The position numbers and the translations under genes are program-made. From positions 1 to 29,781 of the forward strand of contig JBFJCP010000041.1 in the NCBI GenBank assembly GCA_041615815.1: a DNA stretch of 29,781 nucleotides, in the 5' to 3' direction. This DNA comes from Gemmatimonadales bacterium (lineage in GTDB: Bacteria > Gemmatimonadota > Gemmatimonadetes > Gemmatimonadales > GWC2-71-9). How positions within the stretch are numbered: the stretch's first letter is position 1; the number at the start of each line of letters is the position of its first letter. The notes under the pieces are model-generated. The model had not been told where the DNA came from. It saw only the letters and a program-made list of their open reading frames with translations, and did not search any database. This document shows, one piece after another, positions 17,149-25,265 of the stretch.

Positions 17149-17176
17149 TTGACTTCACCATCAAGCACACTAGGCT
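17149..17176 (+). promoter_or_regulatory. Sigma70-like promoter upstream of mtgA
   Basis: TTGACT-16 bp-TAGGCT, back to back with the minus-strand promoter candidate. Confidence 0.5.
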
Positions 17177-17363
17177 TCGCGCGCTTTTCTCGGGTCTCCG
17201 CGGGGCCGCGTGGGCGCGACGCATGAGGGCCGGGTCTGCCAGCTGACGGGGGCCAGCCGACGGTCTGGTCACGCTACCGCATTGCCTCACTCCAACGATC
17301 CCCCTACGATCAATCGATGCAACGCCGTTCTGAGGGGCTCACGAGAAGGACCCCTGGTACCGC

Positions 17364-18272
17364 ATGATCGAGGGGTCGACCACGCCGCGAAGCCGGGTCC
17401 TTCGTGGGCTCGTTGGCCTGTTGGGACTCACCCTGCTCGCGATGCTGGCGTGGCTCGGCTTCCAGATTGCCGCTTGGCCCGACGTAGCGGCCCTCGGCAC
17501 CGAACCCCCCCGATCAACGGCGTTCATGGACCGCTACCAGGACCGGCAGCGCACCGCGGGTGAAGACACCACCATCTCTTGGCAGTGGGTAGCCTGGAGC
17601 GAGATCTCTCCGCACCTCAAGCGGGCGATCGTGGCTGCCGAGGATATGGAGTTCTTTTCCCACACCGGATTTTCCACGTCTGAGATCCGGGCGGCCGTCC
17701 AGCAGGCCCTCGAGGAACGGCGCGCGCCGCGCGGGGCCTCGACCATTACCCAGCAGCTCGCCAAGAATCTCTGGCTCTCTCCCTCACGGAGCCCGTTTCG
17801 TAAAGCGAAAGAGGTTCTCCTCACGCGACAACTGGAGCGTCACCTCTCCAAGCAGCGGATTCTCGAGGTCTATCTGAACGTGGTCGAGTTCGGGCCCGGC
17901 ATTTACGGGGCTCAAGCCGCCGCTCGGCGGTACTTCGGCAAGTCGGCGGCGGGGCTCACGGAACACGAGGCGGCCCAACTGGCGGCGAGCTTGCCCCGTC
18001 CATCCACCTGGCACCCGGGAAGAGAGAACGCGGCATACCGCCGCTATGTCGCAGATATCGAAGGGAGGATGGCACGGGCCACGTTTCTGTGGCGGCGGAT
18101 CGGCGTGACGCCACCACCCAGCGTCGCCGTGGACTCGGCCGCCGCCGCCGCGCTGGACTCGCTCGTGAACGCAGGCCGGATTGGGATCGACTCCGTGTCG
18201 GACACGGAGAACCGGATCGACACTGCCGACTCGACGACCCCCGCACCGGAGCCGCCGGACTCGTTGGACTGA
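17364..18272 (+). CDS. mtgA: Monofunctional biosynthetic peptidoglycan transglycosylase
   Basis: N-terminal TM; GT51 motifs AAEDMEFFSHTG, GASTITQQLAKNL, RKAKE, KQRILEVYLN; extra acidic tail. Confidence 0.92.
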   Translation: MIEGSTTPRSRVLRGLVGLLGLTLLAMLAWLGFQIAAWPDVAALGTEPPRSTAFMDRYQDRQRTAGEDTTISWQWVAWSEISPHLKRAIVAAEDMEFFSHTGFSTSEIRAAVQQALEERRAPRGASTITQQLAKNLWLSPSRSPFRKAKEVLLTRQLERHLSKQRILEVYLNVVEFGPGIYGAQAAARRYFGKSAAGLTEHEAAQLAASLPRPSTWHPGRENAAYRRYVADIEGRMARATFLWRRIGVTPPPSVAVDSAAAAALDSLVNAGRIGIDSVSDTENRIDTADSTTPAPEPPDSLD

Positions 18273-18283
18273 CTCAGAGGATG

Positions 18284-19303
18284 CTAGGCGCGCATCCAGC
18301 TCTTCTCCTCAATCAGCTGGCCGCAGACGTCAGAGGCCGTTCTCCCCGCGGCTTCTGCCGCGAAGTTGATGACGACGCGATGCCGAAGCACGGACAACGC
18401 GACCTCGGCGATGTCCTCCAGATCGGCCATGGGGCGCCCGTCTAGCGCTGCCTTGGCCTTGGCTCCCAGCACGAGATACTGGGACGCCCGAGGTCCGGCG
18501 CCCCAGCTGACGTATTCCTTCACAAACGGGGGAGCCGCGTCTTCGTCCGGCCGCGTCATGCGGCTGAGCGAAACCGCCGCACGTACGACGGGCGTAGGTG
18601 CCGGAATGCGCCGCACGAGGTGTTGAATCTCCAGGATCTCCGGCGCTTCCAGCACCACGCGCACAGGGTGATCCTCGTCCCCAGTCGTTTCTTCGACGAT
18701 ACGCTCCTCGTCCTCCCGACTGGGATACTGAACCCGTAACTCGAACATGAAGCGGTCGAGCTGGGCCTCCGGTAACGGGTACGTGCCTTCCTGCTCGATC
18801 GGGTTCTGTGTGGCCAGCACGAAAAAGGGCTCTGGGAGGTGAAACGTCTGCCCCGCGGCCGTGACCTCGTGCTCCTGCATCGCTTGGAGAAGCGCAGCCT
18901 GCGTCTTCGGTGGTGCCCGGTTGATCTCGTCCGCCAGCACCACGTTGGCGAACACGGGTCCGTGCACGAACCGAAACGCCCGCTTTCCCGTGCTTCGATC
19001 CTCTTCGAGGATCTCCGTCCCGGTGATGTCGCTCGGCATGAGGTCGGGGGTGAACTGGATACGGGCGAACTTGAGCCGGAGCGCCTCGGCCACGGTGGAC
19101 ACCATGAGCGTCTTCGCCAGACCGGGGACACCAACCAGGAGTGCATGCCCGCCCGAGACAATTGCCGTGAGGATTCCCTCGAGGACCGTTGTTTGCCCGA
19201 CGATGCGGTGGCGAATCTGCTCCATCAGGTCACTTCGCGCCCCGGCCAGCCGGTCCAGCAGCTCAACGTCTCGCTCGCCCACCCGAACAGGATCAGCGTG
19301 CAC
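18284..19303 (-). CDS. MoxR family AAA+ ATPase
   Basis: GVPGLAKT, RIQFTPDLMPSDITG, LADEINRAPPKTQAALL, ATQNPIEQEGTYPLPEAQLDRF. GTG start at 19303 after GGAGGAG. Confidence 0.93.
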   Translation of the reverse strand: MHADPVRVGERDVELLDRLAGARSDLMEQIRHRIVGQTTVLEGILTAIVSGGHALLVGVPGLAKTLMVSTVAEALRLKFARIQFTPDLMPSDITGTEILEEDRSTGKRAFRFVHGPVFANVVLADEINRAPPKTQAALLQAMQEHEVTAAGQTFHLPEPFFVLATQNPIEQEGTYPLPEAQLDRFMFELRVQYPSREDEERIVEETTGDEDHPVRVVLEAPEILEIQHLVRRIPAPTPVVRAAVSLSRMTRPDEDAAPPFVKEYVSWGAGPRASQYLVLGAKAKAALDGRPMADLEDIAEVALSVLRHRVVINFAAEAAGRTASDVCGQLIEEKSWMRA

Positions 19304-19455
19304 CAGGCTCCTCCCTCGCTCGTGAACGCTGCCCCCCCGCACTCCGTCGCTCCGACGGACGGCGCATGCGAGAGGACCCAATGGACCAAGAATCTACCGT
19401 CATTTGCCACCTTTTCCTAGCGCCAAACGGCGAACTGAGGCCAGCTTAGCGTTGC

Positions 19456-19483
19456 TTGCGAAATTTTTCACAAGCGATACATT
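19456..19483 (+). promoter_or_regulatory. atp promoter with overlapping Rex-like (or CRP-like) palindrome
   Basis: TTGCGA-16-TACATT. Palindrome TTGCGAA-ATTT-TTCACAA at 19456-19473. Confidence 0.65.
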
Positions 19484-19493
19484 TCGGGCGCTT

Positions 19494-19736
19494 ATGGGCT
19501 TGCGGCCGGCCCGACCCCCGCGCTACGAGATCTATCGATACTCCGGTCTCGGCTGCCTGTTCGCCGGCGCTGTGATCGTCTTCATGGCCGGCGGATGGCT
19601 GCTGGACCGCTGGTTGGGGGTAATACCGCTCTTTACGATTCTTGGAGCCCTGCTCGGGGCGGGTCTGGGATCGGTGAGTGTGTATCGCAAGCTGGGGATC
19701 GGGCGAGCGTCACAGCCGCCGGAGGGGGACGGATGA
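19494..19736 (+). CDS. AtpZ/AtpI family (ATPase gene 1) membrane protein
   Basis: Two TM helices with GWLLDRWLG..PLFTILGALLG; first gene of the atp operon. Confidence 0.8.
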   Translation: MGLRPARPPRYEIYRYSGLGCLFAGAVIVFMAGGWLLDRWLGVIPLFTILGALLGAGLGSVSVYRKLGIGRASQPPEGDG

Positions 19737-20074
19737 AGCGGCTTGCCCTCGGCATCGTCCTCACCACGGCCATGACGCTGCTGCTGTGGGGACTCTGGAA
19801 TCCGCGAGTGGCGGTGGCGGGGGGCCTCTTCGGCCTCCTCGCCACCGGGATTCATCTGGCGGCCACGGCGGCGCTCAAACCCGGGCTGACCGGGTCCTTG
19901 GGAACCCTCGTGCGTCGCTGGTCGGTCGGCATGAGCCTACGCCTCCTCGGGGCCGTCATCTGGGCGGTGGCCGCTAAGACGAACCGGGAAGCGTTTCCGC
20001 CCCTCCCGACGGCCCTAGCGTTCTTGGGGGTGCTGGTGCCGCTGCTCTTCATGGAGATCCGGTTACTGAAATGA
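19733..20074 (+). CDS. ATP synthase protein I-like 4-TM protein
   Basis: ATGA-coupled on both sides; hydrophobic; sits immediately before atpB. Confidence 0.7.
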   Translation: MKRLALGIVLTTAMTLLLWGLWNPRVAVAGGLFGLLATGIHLAATAALKPGLTGSLGTLVRRWSVGMSLRLLGAVIWAVAAKTNREAFPPLPTALAFLGVLVPLLFMEIRLLK

Positions 20075-20934
20075 TGCAGAACGAAGTGGATATCGGCGAG
20101 ATTCTGATGCACCACACGGCTGATGCCTACTCGCTCGATTTTAGCCCGCTCTTCATTTGGGAGTACGGCAAGTTCCTGCCTGACGTACATCTCGGGCCCA
20201 TCACATTCAATCTCACGCCCACCAAGCATGTGCTGTTCATGATCGTTGCCGCCCTCTTGCTCTTCATTACGATGTGGTTGGTGGGGCGTCGATTGGAGAA
20301 ACAGCGCGCCGGGGAGCGGGCGCCGAGTGGGCTGGCGAACATGATGGAGGCGTTCGTCCTCTGGGTGCGCAACGACATTTGCATGGTCAATATCGGACAT
20401 GAGGCCGGAGCCAAGTTCGCTCCCTTCATCATGACGCTGTTCTTCTTCATCCTCTACGCCAACCTGCTGGGATTGCTGCCTTGGGGTGCCACAGCAACGG
20501 GGAATCTGGGCGTCACGGTGGCCCTGGCCATCATGGCCCTCTTGATCATCGAGATCAGCGGTATGGTGGCACTCGGCTTTCGCGGCTACATGCGCACGAT
20601 CTTCCCCACGCTACCCGGCATGGGTGGGATCGGCGGGACCGTGATGTCGCTGGCCATGGGTCCCATCGAAGTTCTGGGCAAGTTGGTCAAGCCGTTCGCT
20701 CTCTGCTTCCGACTGTTCGGAAACATGACCGCCGGGCATTTCGTGATTCTCACGTTGTTCGGACTCATATTCATGTTCGGGCACGTTGAGTATCTCAACT
20801 ATGCTGTGGGCGTGGCCTCGGCTACGCTGGTGCTGGGCGTGATGGCGTTGGAGATCATCGTTGCGTTCGTGCAGGCATATGTATTTGCGATCATCACGGC
20901 GGTGCTCATTGGCATGATGCAGCATGCGCACTGA
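20071..20934 (+). CDS. atpB: F0F1 ATP synthase subunit a
   Basis: NLLGLLP, ATATGN, PFALCFRLFGNMTAGH, AFVQAYVFAII. Confidence 0.96.
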   Translation: MMQNEVDIGEILMHHTADAYSLDFSPLFIWEYGKFLPDVHLGPITFNLTPTKHVLFMIVAALLLFITMWLVGRRLEKQRAGERAPSGLANMMEAFVLWVRNDICMVNIGHEAGAKFAPFIMTLFFFILYANLLGLLPWGATATGNLGVTVALAIMALLIIEISGMVALGFRGYMRTIFPTLPGMGGIGGTVMSLAMGPIEVLGKLVKPFALCFRLFGNMTAGHFVILTLFGLIFMFGHVEYLNYAVGVASATLVLGVMALEIIVAFVQAYVFAIITAVLIGMMQHAH

Positions 20935-21158
20935 TCCGGTGAGGAAGACGGGATAGAGGGATTGAGGAAACTCACGGAGGTCCCCTGCGCGTCCCACGGG
21001 GCTTCCGACACGTACCCGGCCATGAGGTCGGGGACGCCCGCTGGTCCGCAGGGACCGTTGGCGGGTCGCCGCGGTGCTGGTCGCTCCGGGAGAAGCGATC
21101 ACCGATGCGGGGGCGCAGGACATCGTAGCGGTCTCCCATCACTGAAAGGACGTCCTTG

Positions 21159-21452
21159 ATGTTGCTCGAATTCCTTCCCCTCGTGCAGGAAGCGATGACC
21201 GAGGCCCAGGCTATCGTCGACGCAGCGAAGCAGACGAATGCGGTGCTCGGTGTCGGCATTGGTATCGGCCTCGCCCTCGTGGGCGCCGGGTTGGGACTCG
21301 GACGCATTGGCGGTCAGGCCGCCGAGGCCATTGCCCGTCAGCCCGAGGCTGCCAATGACATCCGTGGAACGGCACTGTTCATCGCCTTCCTCATGGAGGG
21401 AGCCACGATCATCGCCGTCATCATGGCACTCGCGGCGAAACTCATCGGTTAA
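21159..21452 (+). CDS. atpE: F0F1 ATP synthase subunit c (with N-terminal extension)
   Basis: GAGLGLG, ARQPEA loop, carboxylate in LMEGA; AAAGGA RBS. Confidence 0.95.
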   Translation: MLLEFLPLVQEAMTEAQAIVDAAKQTNAVLGVGIGIGLALVGAGLGLGRIGGQAAEAIARQPEAANDIRGTALFIAFLMEGATIIAVIMALAAKLIG

Positions 21453-21463
21453 AGCAGGTGTCC

Positions 21464-22015
21464 ATGCCGGTTTTTGCATTTCTCGTACAAGAGGCTCACG
21501 GAGCTGCGGAGGGGGGGCCGGGAGGCCCCTTCTCCCTCGAGCCCGGCCTGATCATTTGGACGTGGATCGTCTTCATCGCGCTCTTCCTGCTGTTGCGGCG
21601 GTATGCCTGGCCCGCCATCGTCCGGCTCACCGAGGAGCGTGAGCGGCGGATCGCCAAGCAGTTACAAGAGGCGGAGGCGATGAACGCCGAGTCAAAAGCG
21701 GCGTTGGAGGAGCACCGGCGACTGTTGGCCAGCGCCAAGGATGAGGCGCAGGCGCTTCTAGCGGAAGCGAAAACGGTCTCGGCGCGCGAGCGAGAGCAAC
21801 TGCTGGCCAAGGCGCGGGAAGAGCAGGACCAGATTCTGGACCGTGCCAAACGGGAGATTGCCGCTGAGCGCGAGCGTGCCATCATGCAGCTCCGTCGCGA
21901 GGCGGTGGACCTCTCGCTGGCCGCGGCATCTAAGCTGATTCAGGAGCGCTTGGACAGCGATGGGGATCGGCGTATTGTCGAGCAGTATCTCTCTAGTGTG
22001 CGTAGCAAGTCGTGA
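21464..22015 (+). CDS. atpF: F0F1 ATP synthase subunit b
   Basis: PGLIIWTWIVFIALFLLLRRYAWPAI...ERERRI followed by a coiled coil. Confidence 0.94.
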   Translation: MPVFAFLVQEAHGAAEGGPGGPFSLEPGLIIWTWIVFIALFLLLRRYAWPAIVRLTEERERRIAKQLQEAEAMNAESKAALEEHRRLLASAKDEAQALLAEAKTVSAREREQLLAKAREEQDQILDRAKREIAAERERAIMQLRREAVDLSLAAASKLIQERLDSDGDRRIVEQYLSSVRSKS

Positions 22016-22551
22016 GAGAGCCGACCATCGCTCGGAACTATGCCGATGCGCTCTTCACTCTCGGAGAGCGCACCGGTGATACCGAGCATTTTGCGGATCT
22101 CATCGAGGGGTTGGCGAGTGCCATCGCGGTCGAACCCGACATTCGCGCCGTGCTGGATTCACCCCGCATTCCCAAGGCCACGAAGCAGTTGCTGTTCGAA
22201 CGTGCGCTTGAGGATCGAGCCCCGGAGGGCTTCGTGCGCTTTCTGGGCGCCGTCGTCAGGCGGGGACGGCAGGGCATCCTCCCGGCGATTGCGGACGCGT
22301 TCTTGGCGCTGGTCGACGAGAAGTTCAATCGAGTCCATGCGGCGATCACATTATCGCGGGAACCCGATCGACAGCTGCAAGAGGAGGTCCGGGCGCGGCT
22401 GAGCGAAGTGTTCGGCAAGGATGTGATCCCGCACTACCGAACCGATCCATCCATCCTTGGGGGACTCATTGTGCGCATCGGCGACCGCATCATGGACGGG
22501 TCTTTGAGGCGAAAGATGATCGCGCTCAAGCAACGTATGCTGGGCACATAG
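22012..22551 (+). CDS. atpH: F1 ATP synthase subunit delta
   Basis: IARNYADALF...DPSILGGLIVRIGDRIMDGSL. Confidence 0.94.
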   Translation: MREPTIARNYADALFTLGERTGDTEHFADLIEGLASAIAVEPDIRAVLDSPRIPKATKQLLFERALEDRAPEGFVRFLGAVVRRGRQGILPAIADAFLALVDEKFNRVHAAITLSREPDRQLQEEVRARLSEVFGKDVIPHYRTDPSILGGLIVRIGDRIMDGSLRRKMIALKQRMLGT

Positions 22552-22586
22552 ATGAGAACACTGCGGGGTCTTGCGGAGATGTAGCC

Positions 22587-23894
22587 TTACCCACCACCTC
22601 GTCGTTCTTCCGCCACCGCTTGATTCACTCGTTGCGACATTTCCCCCGCCACCTCCACCCGGTTCCGTCCCAGCTGCTTTGCGCGGTAGAGCGCCTGGTC
22701 GGCGGCGGCGACGGGGATGGGAGACCCCGGATCCGGAATGATGGAGGCCACCCCCACGCTGATGGTGACAACGTCTCGAACCGGCGAGGCGGCGTGGGGA
22801 ATCCGTAGTCCAGCCGCTCGCTTGCGGAGGTTCTCAGCGACGGCGGTCGCGCCAGCGACATCGGTGTCGGGCAGGATAATGGCGAATTCCTCTCCTCCAT
22901 ACCGCGCCACGAAATCCCCGGGACGGCTCACCGAGTTGCGCAGTCGCTGCGCGAGTTGCGCCAGACACTCATCACCGCGCTGGTGCCCGTAGTGATCGTT
23001 GTATTCCTTGAAGTGATCGATGTCGATCATGAGCACGGAAATCGGCGACGAATGGCGCTGGGCCCGCCGCCACTCGAGCTGAAACCGCTCCTCGAACGCC
23101 CGGCGATTGGGAATGGACGTCAGCGCGTCCAAAAATGATAGACGTTTGAGTTGCGCATTGGCTTCCTCCAGCAGGCGCGCCTCCTGACGAATCCGCCGCA
23201 CCAGCGGTTGGAAAATCAAGAGCCCAATCAACGCGAGTGCTACTAGGAGCGCCAAGAGCAGCACCAGCGCCGAACGCCGCGCGCGCGCAAGCGTGGCTTC
23301 ATGCTCCGCGACGAGGGCGGTCACGGTTTGGTCCTGCAGGCCGGCGATCTGACTGGCCTCTCGGAGGAGGTGGCGCAAAACGGCCGTATCGCCCGTCGGC
23401 TGGGTTGCGATGACACGACGCATGCTATCGGCGTACGCATGGAGTCGCACGTCCAGGCCCGCCGGCTGATCGAAATAGATTCGCTCGGCATCGGGTGAGA
23501 GGGCGACGACGGATTGGGACAGCGACTCGGAGTGTGCCAGCCGCTGGTGTGAGCCCTCGAACGCGGCCAATACGCCCGCAAGCGCGCTCCGCACGGAATC
23601 GCGATCGGGACCCTCGGGCATCGCGGCGAGCTGCTGCGCCAAAGCGACCGATCGCTGGAGCCGAGCCCGCTGCTGCCCGGCGGTGTTGATGAGAGTGGCC
23701 TGATGGGTCTCGCGGCGCAGGACGCGATCTTCAGCGATGTATTTGGCGACGGCAAGTGCCCCAACGATCGCGAGGGCTGCAACGTATCGTCGAGTCAGTC
23801 CAGTCAGGGGTGCGCCTCCATCGACGTGGGGGCGGCGGGCGGCGACCTCGTTCGGCACGAGCGTGTGTTGGTTCCTCCAATATTGTACATCCAA
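22587..23894 (-). CDS. Membrane diguanylate cyclase with PilJ/NarX-like sensor domain (start uncertain)
   Basis: Two TMs; LINTAGQQRARLQR; DALTSIPNRR; DIDHFKEYNDHYGHQRGD; I-site RPGD; GGEEF. Confidence 0.9.
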   Translation of the reverse strand: MDVQYWRNQHTLVPNEVAARRPHVDGGAPLTGLTRRYVAALAIVGALAVAKYIAEDRVLRRETHQATLINTAGQQRARLQRSVALAQQLAAMPEGPDRDSVRSALAGVLAAFEGSHQRLAHSESLSQSVVALSPDAERIYFDQPAGLDVRLHAYADSMRRVIATQPTGDTAVLRHLLREASQIAGLQDQTVTALVAEHEATLARARRSALVLLLALLVALALIGLLIFQPLVRRIRQEARLLEEANAQLKRLSFLDALTSIPNRRAFEERFQLEWRRAQRHSSPISVLMIDIDHFKEYNDHYGHQRGDECLAQLAQRLRNSVSRPGDFVARYGGEEFAIILPDTDVAGATAVAENLRKRAAGLRIPHAASPVRDVVTISVGVASIIPDPGSPIPVAAADQALYRAKQLGRNRVEVAGEMSQRVNQAVAEERRGGG

Positions 23895-23921
23895 AGACCT
23901 GGCGCCAGCGCTCCCGTAGCT

Positions 23922-24476
23922 TTAGAAATCCACCTGTGGAACTTCTCGGGCCTCCGCGGACGTGACCTCGAAGTACTCCCGGGCATCTACACCGATCACC
24001 TTGGCTGTGAGAACCTGGGGGAAGCGCCGAATGTACGCGTTGTAGGCCTGCACTGCCGAATTGTAGTCCTGGCGAGCCGTCGCGATCCGATTCTCCGTGC
24101 CCTCCAGCTGATCCTGGAGCATCCGAAAGTTCTCGTTGGACCGCAGCTCCGGGTAGTTCTCCACGATCACGAGCAATCGACTGAGCGCGGACGTGAGTCC
24201 GTCATTGGCCTGGGCCATCTGTCCGAGATCACCGCTCTGAATGGCGCCGCCAAGGCGGGCTCTGGCTTCCGTCACTTGTCCGATGACCTCTCGCTCCTGC
24301 GCCGCGAATCCCTTCACGGTTTCGACCAGATTGGGAATCAAGTCGGCACGCCGCTGGAGTTGCACCTCGATCTGACTCTTGAATCCGTTGACCTGTTCGT
24401 CCAGCGATTGAATGCGGTTGTAGCCACAGCCGCTGGCCACGGCGGCGCCGGCCAAGACCACAATGATCCTTCGCAT
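23922..24476 (-). CDS. lemA: LemA family protein
   Basis: GCGYNRIQ, LQRRADLIPNLVETVKG, ENYPELRSNENF, LEGTENRIATARQDYN. Confidence 0.93.
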   Translation of the reverse strand: MRRIIVVLAGAAVASGCGYNRIQSLDEQVNGFKSQIEVQLQRRADLIPNLVETVKGFAAQEREVIGQVTEARARLGGAIQSGDLGQMAQANDGLTSALSRLLVIVENYPELRSNENFRMLQDQLEGTENRIATARQDYNSAVQAYNAYIRRFPQVLTAKVIGVDAREYFEVTSAEAREVPQVDF

Positions 24477-24527
24477 GATACGATCTCCCTCGATAATTGA
24501 TGTCGTATTCGTCCCAACCCAACCAGC

Positions 24528-25265
24528 CTACGCCGTTTCTCCTGCCTGGGCCATCCGATCCACGAAGTTGGCGAGATGTTCGATGGCTTCGACGTACCTG
24601 GCGGCAACGGCGTCGAAGGGCTTGAGCCCCGGTGCTTTCTCACTCGCCAAACGCTTGAGCACCCAGTCAAAGGCCCCGATGTCCATGCCGGCGAGGTCTG
24701 CCGTGGCCGCAACGAGCGCTGCCGGTTCCCGTGGTGGCACCATCCCGTTGGCTCTCAGCACGCCACGAAACAGGATCAGAAACGTCTTGGCCGATGCAAT
24801 GACCAGCTCAGTAAGCAATCTGGCATCGGGCTCTACCGCGGCAAATTCGGCACGAAGCTGGAGGAGCTTGCCTCGCACCTCCCGTTCGAGCTCGTGCCGA
24901 AGATCCACAATCGTCGTTCCGAGACCATCGAACGGATCGTCGCCGCGAAGCAACTCGTGGGCCTCCCGCATGTCCTCGATCTCGATGGGGAAGACGTCCG
25001 TGGCTTCCCGCCACTCACGCTGAGAAAAAATGAGCGGTGCGGGCTGCCCGACCTTGACCCATCCCGCGATGGCGCGGCCGATGGGGCGTAACACCGGAGG
25101 CCGTGCATCCCGCAGGATGACCAGCAATCTGTCCTGTGGCGCCTGCTCCGGATACGATCCCCGCACGGCCTCGCCGTACCGCACGACGTTCACGAGTTGA
25201 TCTCCGAGGGCATCCTCGAGGCTCTGCACGAAGTCCTCGAGCCTCGACCGCGATTTTCTTCCCAT
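24528..25265 (-). CDS. Nucleotidyltransferase-fold protein (degenerate catalytic motif)
   Basis: Starts MGRKSR at a TAATG overlap with the TPM stop; LVNVVRYGEAVRG; DVFPIEIEDM...LRGDDP; LRHELERE. Confidence 0.7.
   Translation of the reverse strand: MGRKSRSRLEDFVQSLEDALGDQLVNVVRYGEAVRGSYPEQAPQDRLLVILRDARPPVLRPIGRAIAGWVKVGQPAPLIFSQREWREATDVFPIEIEDMREAHELLRGDDPFDGLGTTIVDLRHELEREVRGKLLQLRAEFAAVEPDARLLTELVIASAKTFLILFRGVLRANGMVPPREPAALVAATADLAGMDIGAFDWVLKRLASEKAPGLKPFDAVAARYVEAIEHLANFVDRMAQAGETA

Noticed and set aside
20962..21159. 65-aa ORF in the atpB-atpE gap
   Set aside because: TTG start and Gly/Arg/Pro-rich composition. RNA structure explains the region better.
21159..21452. Na+-translocating or N-type ATPase
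   Set aside because: No Na+-binding signature in subunit c, and a separate delta gene is present.
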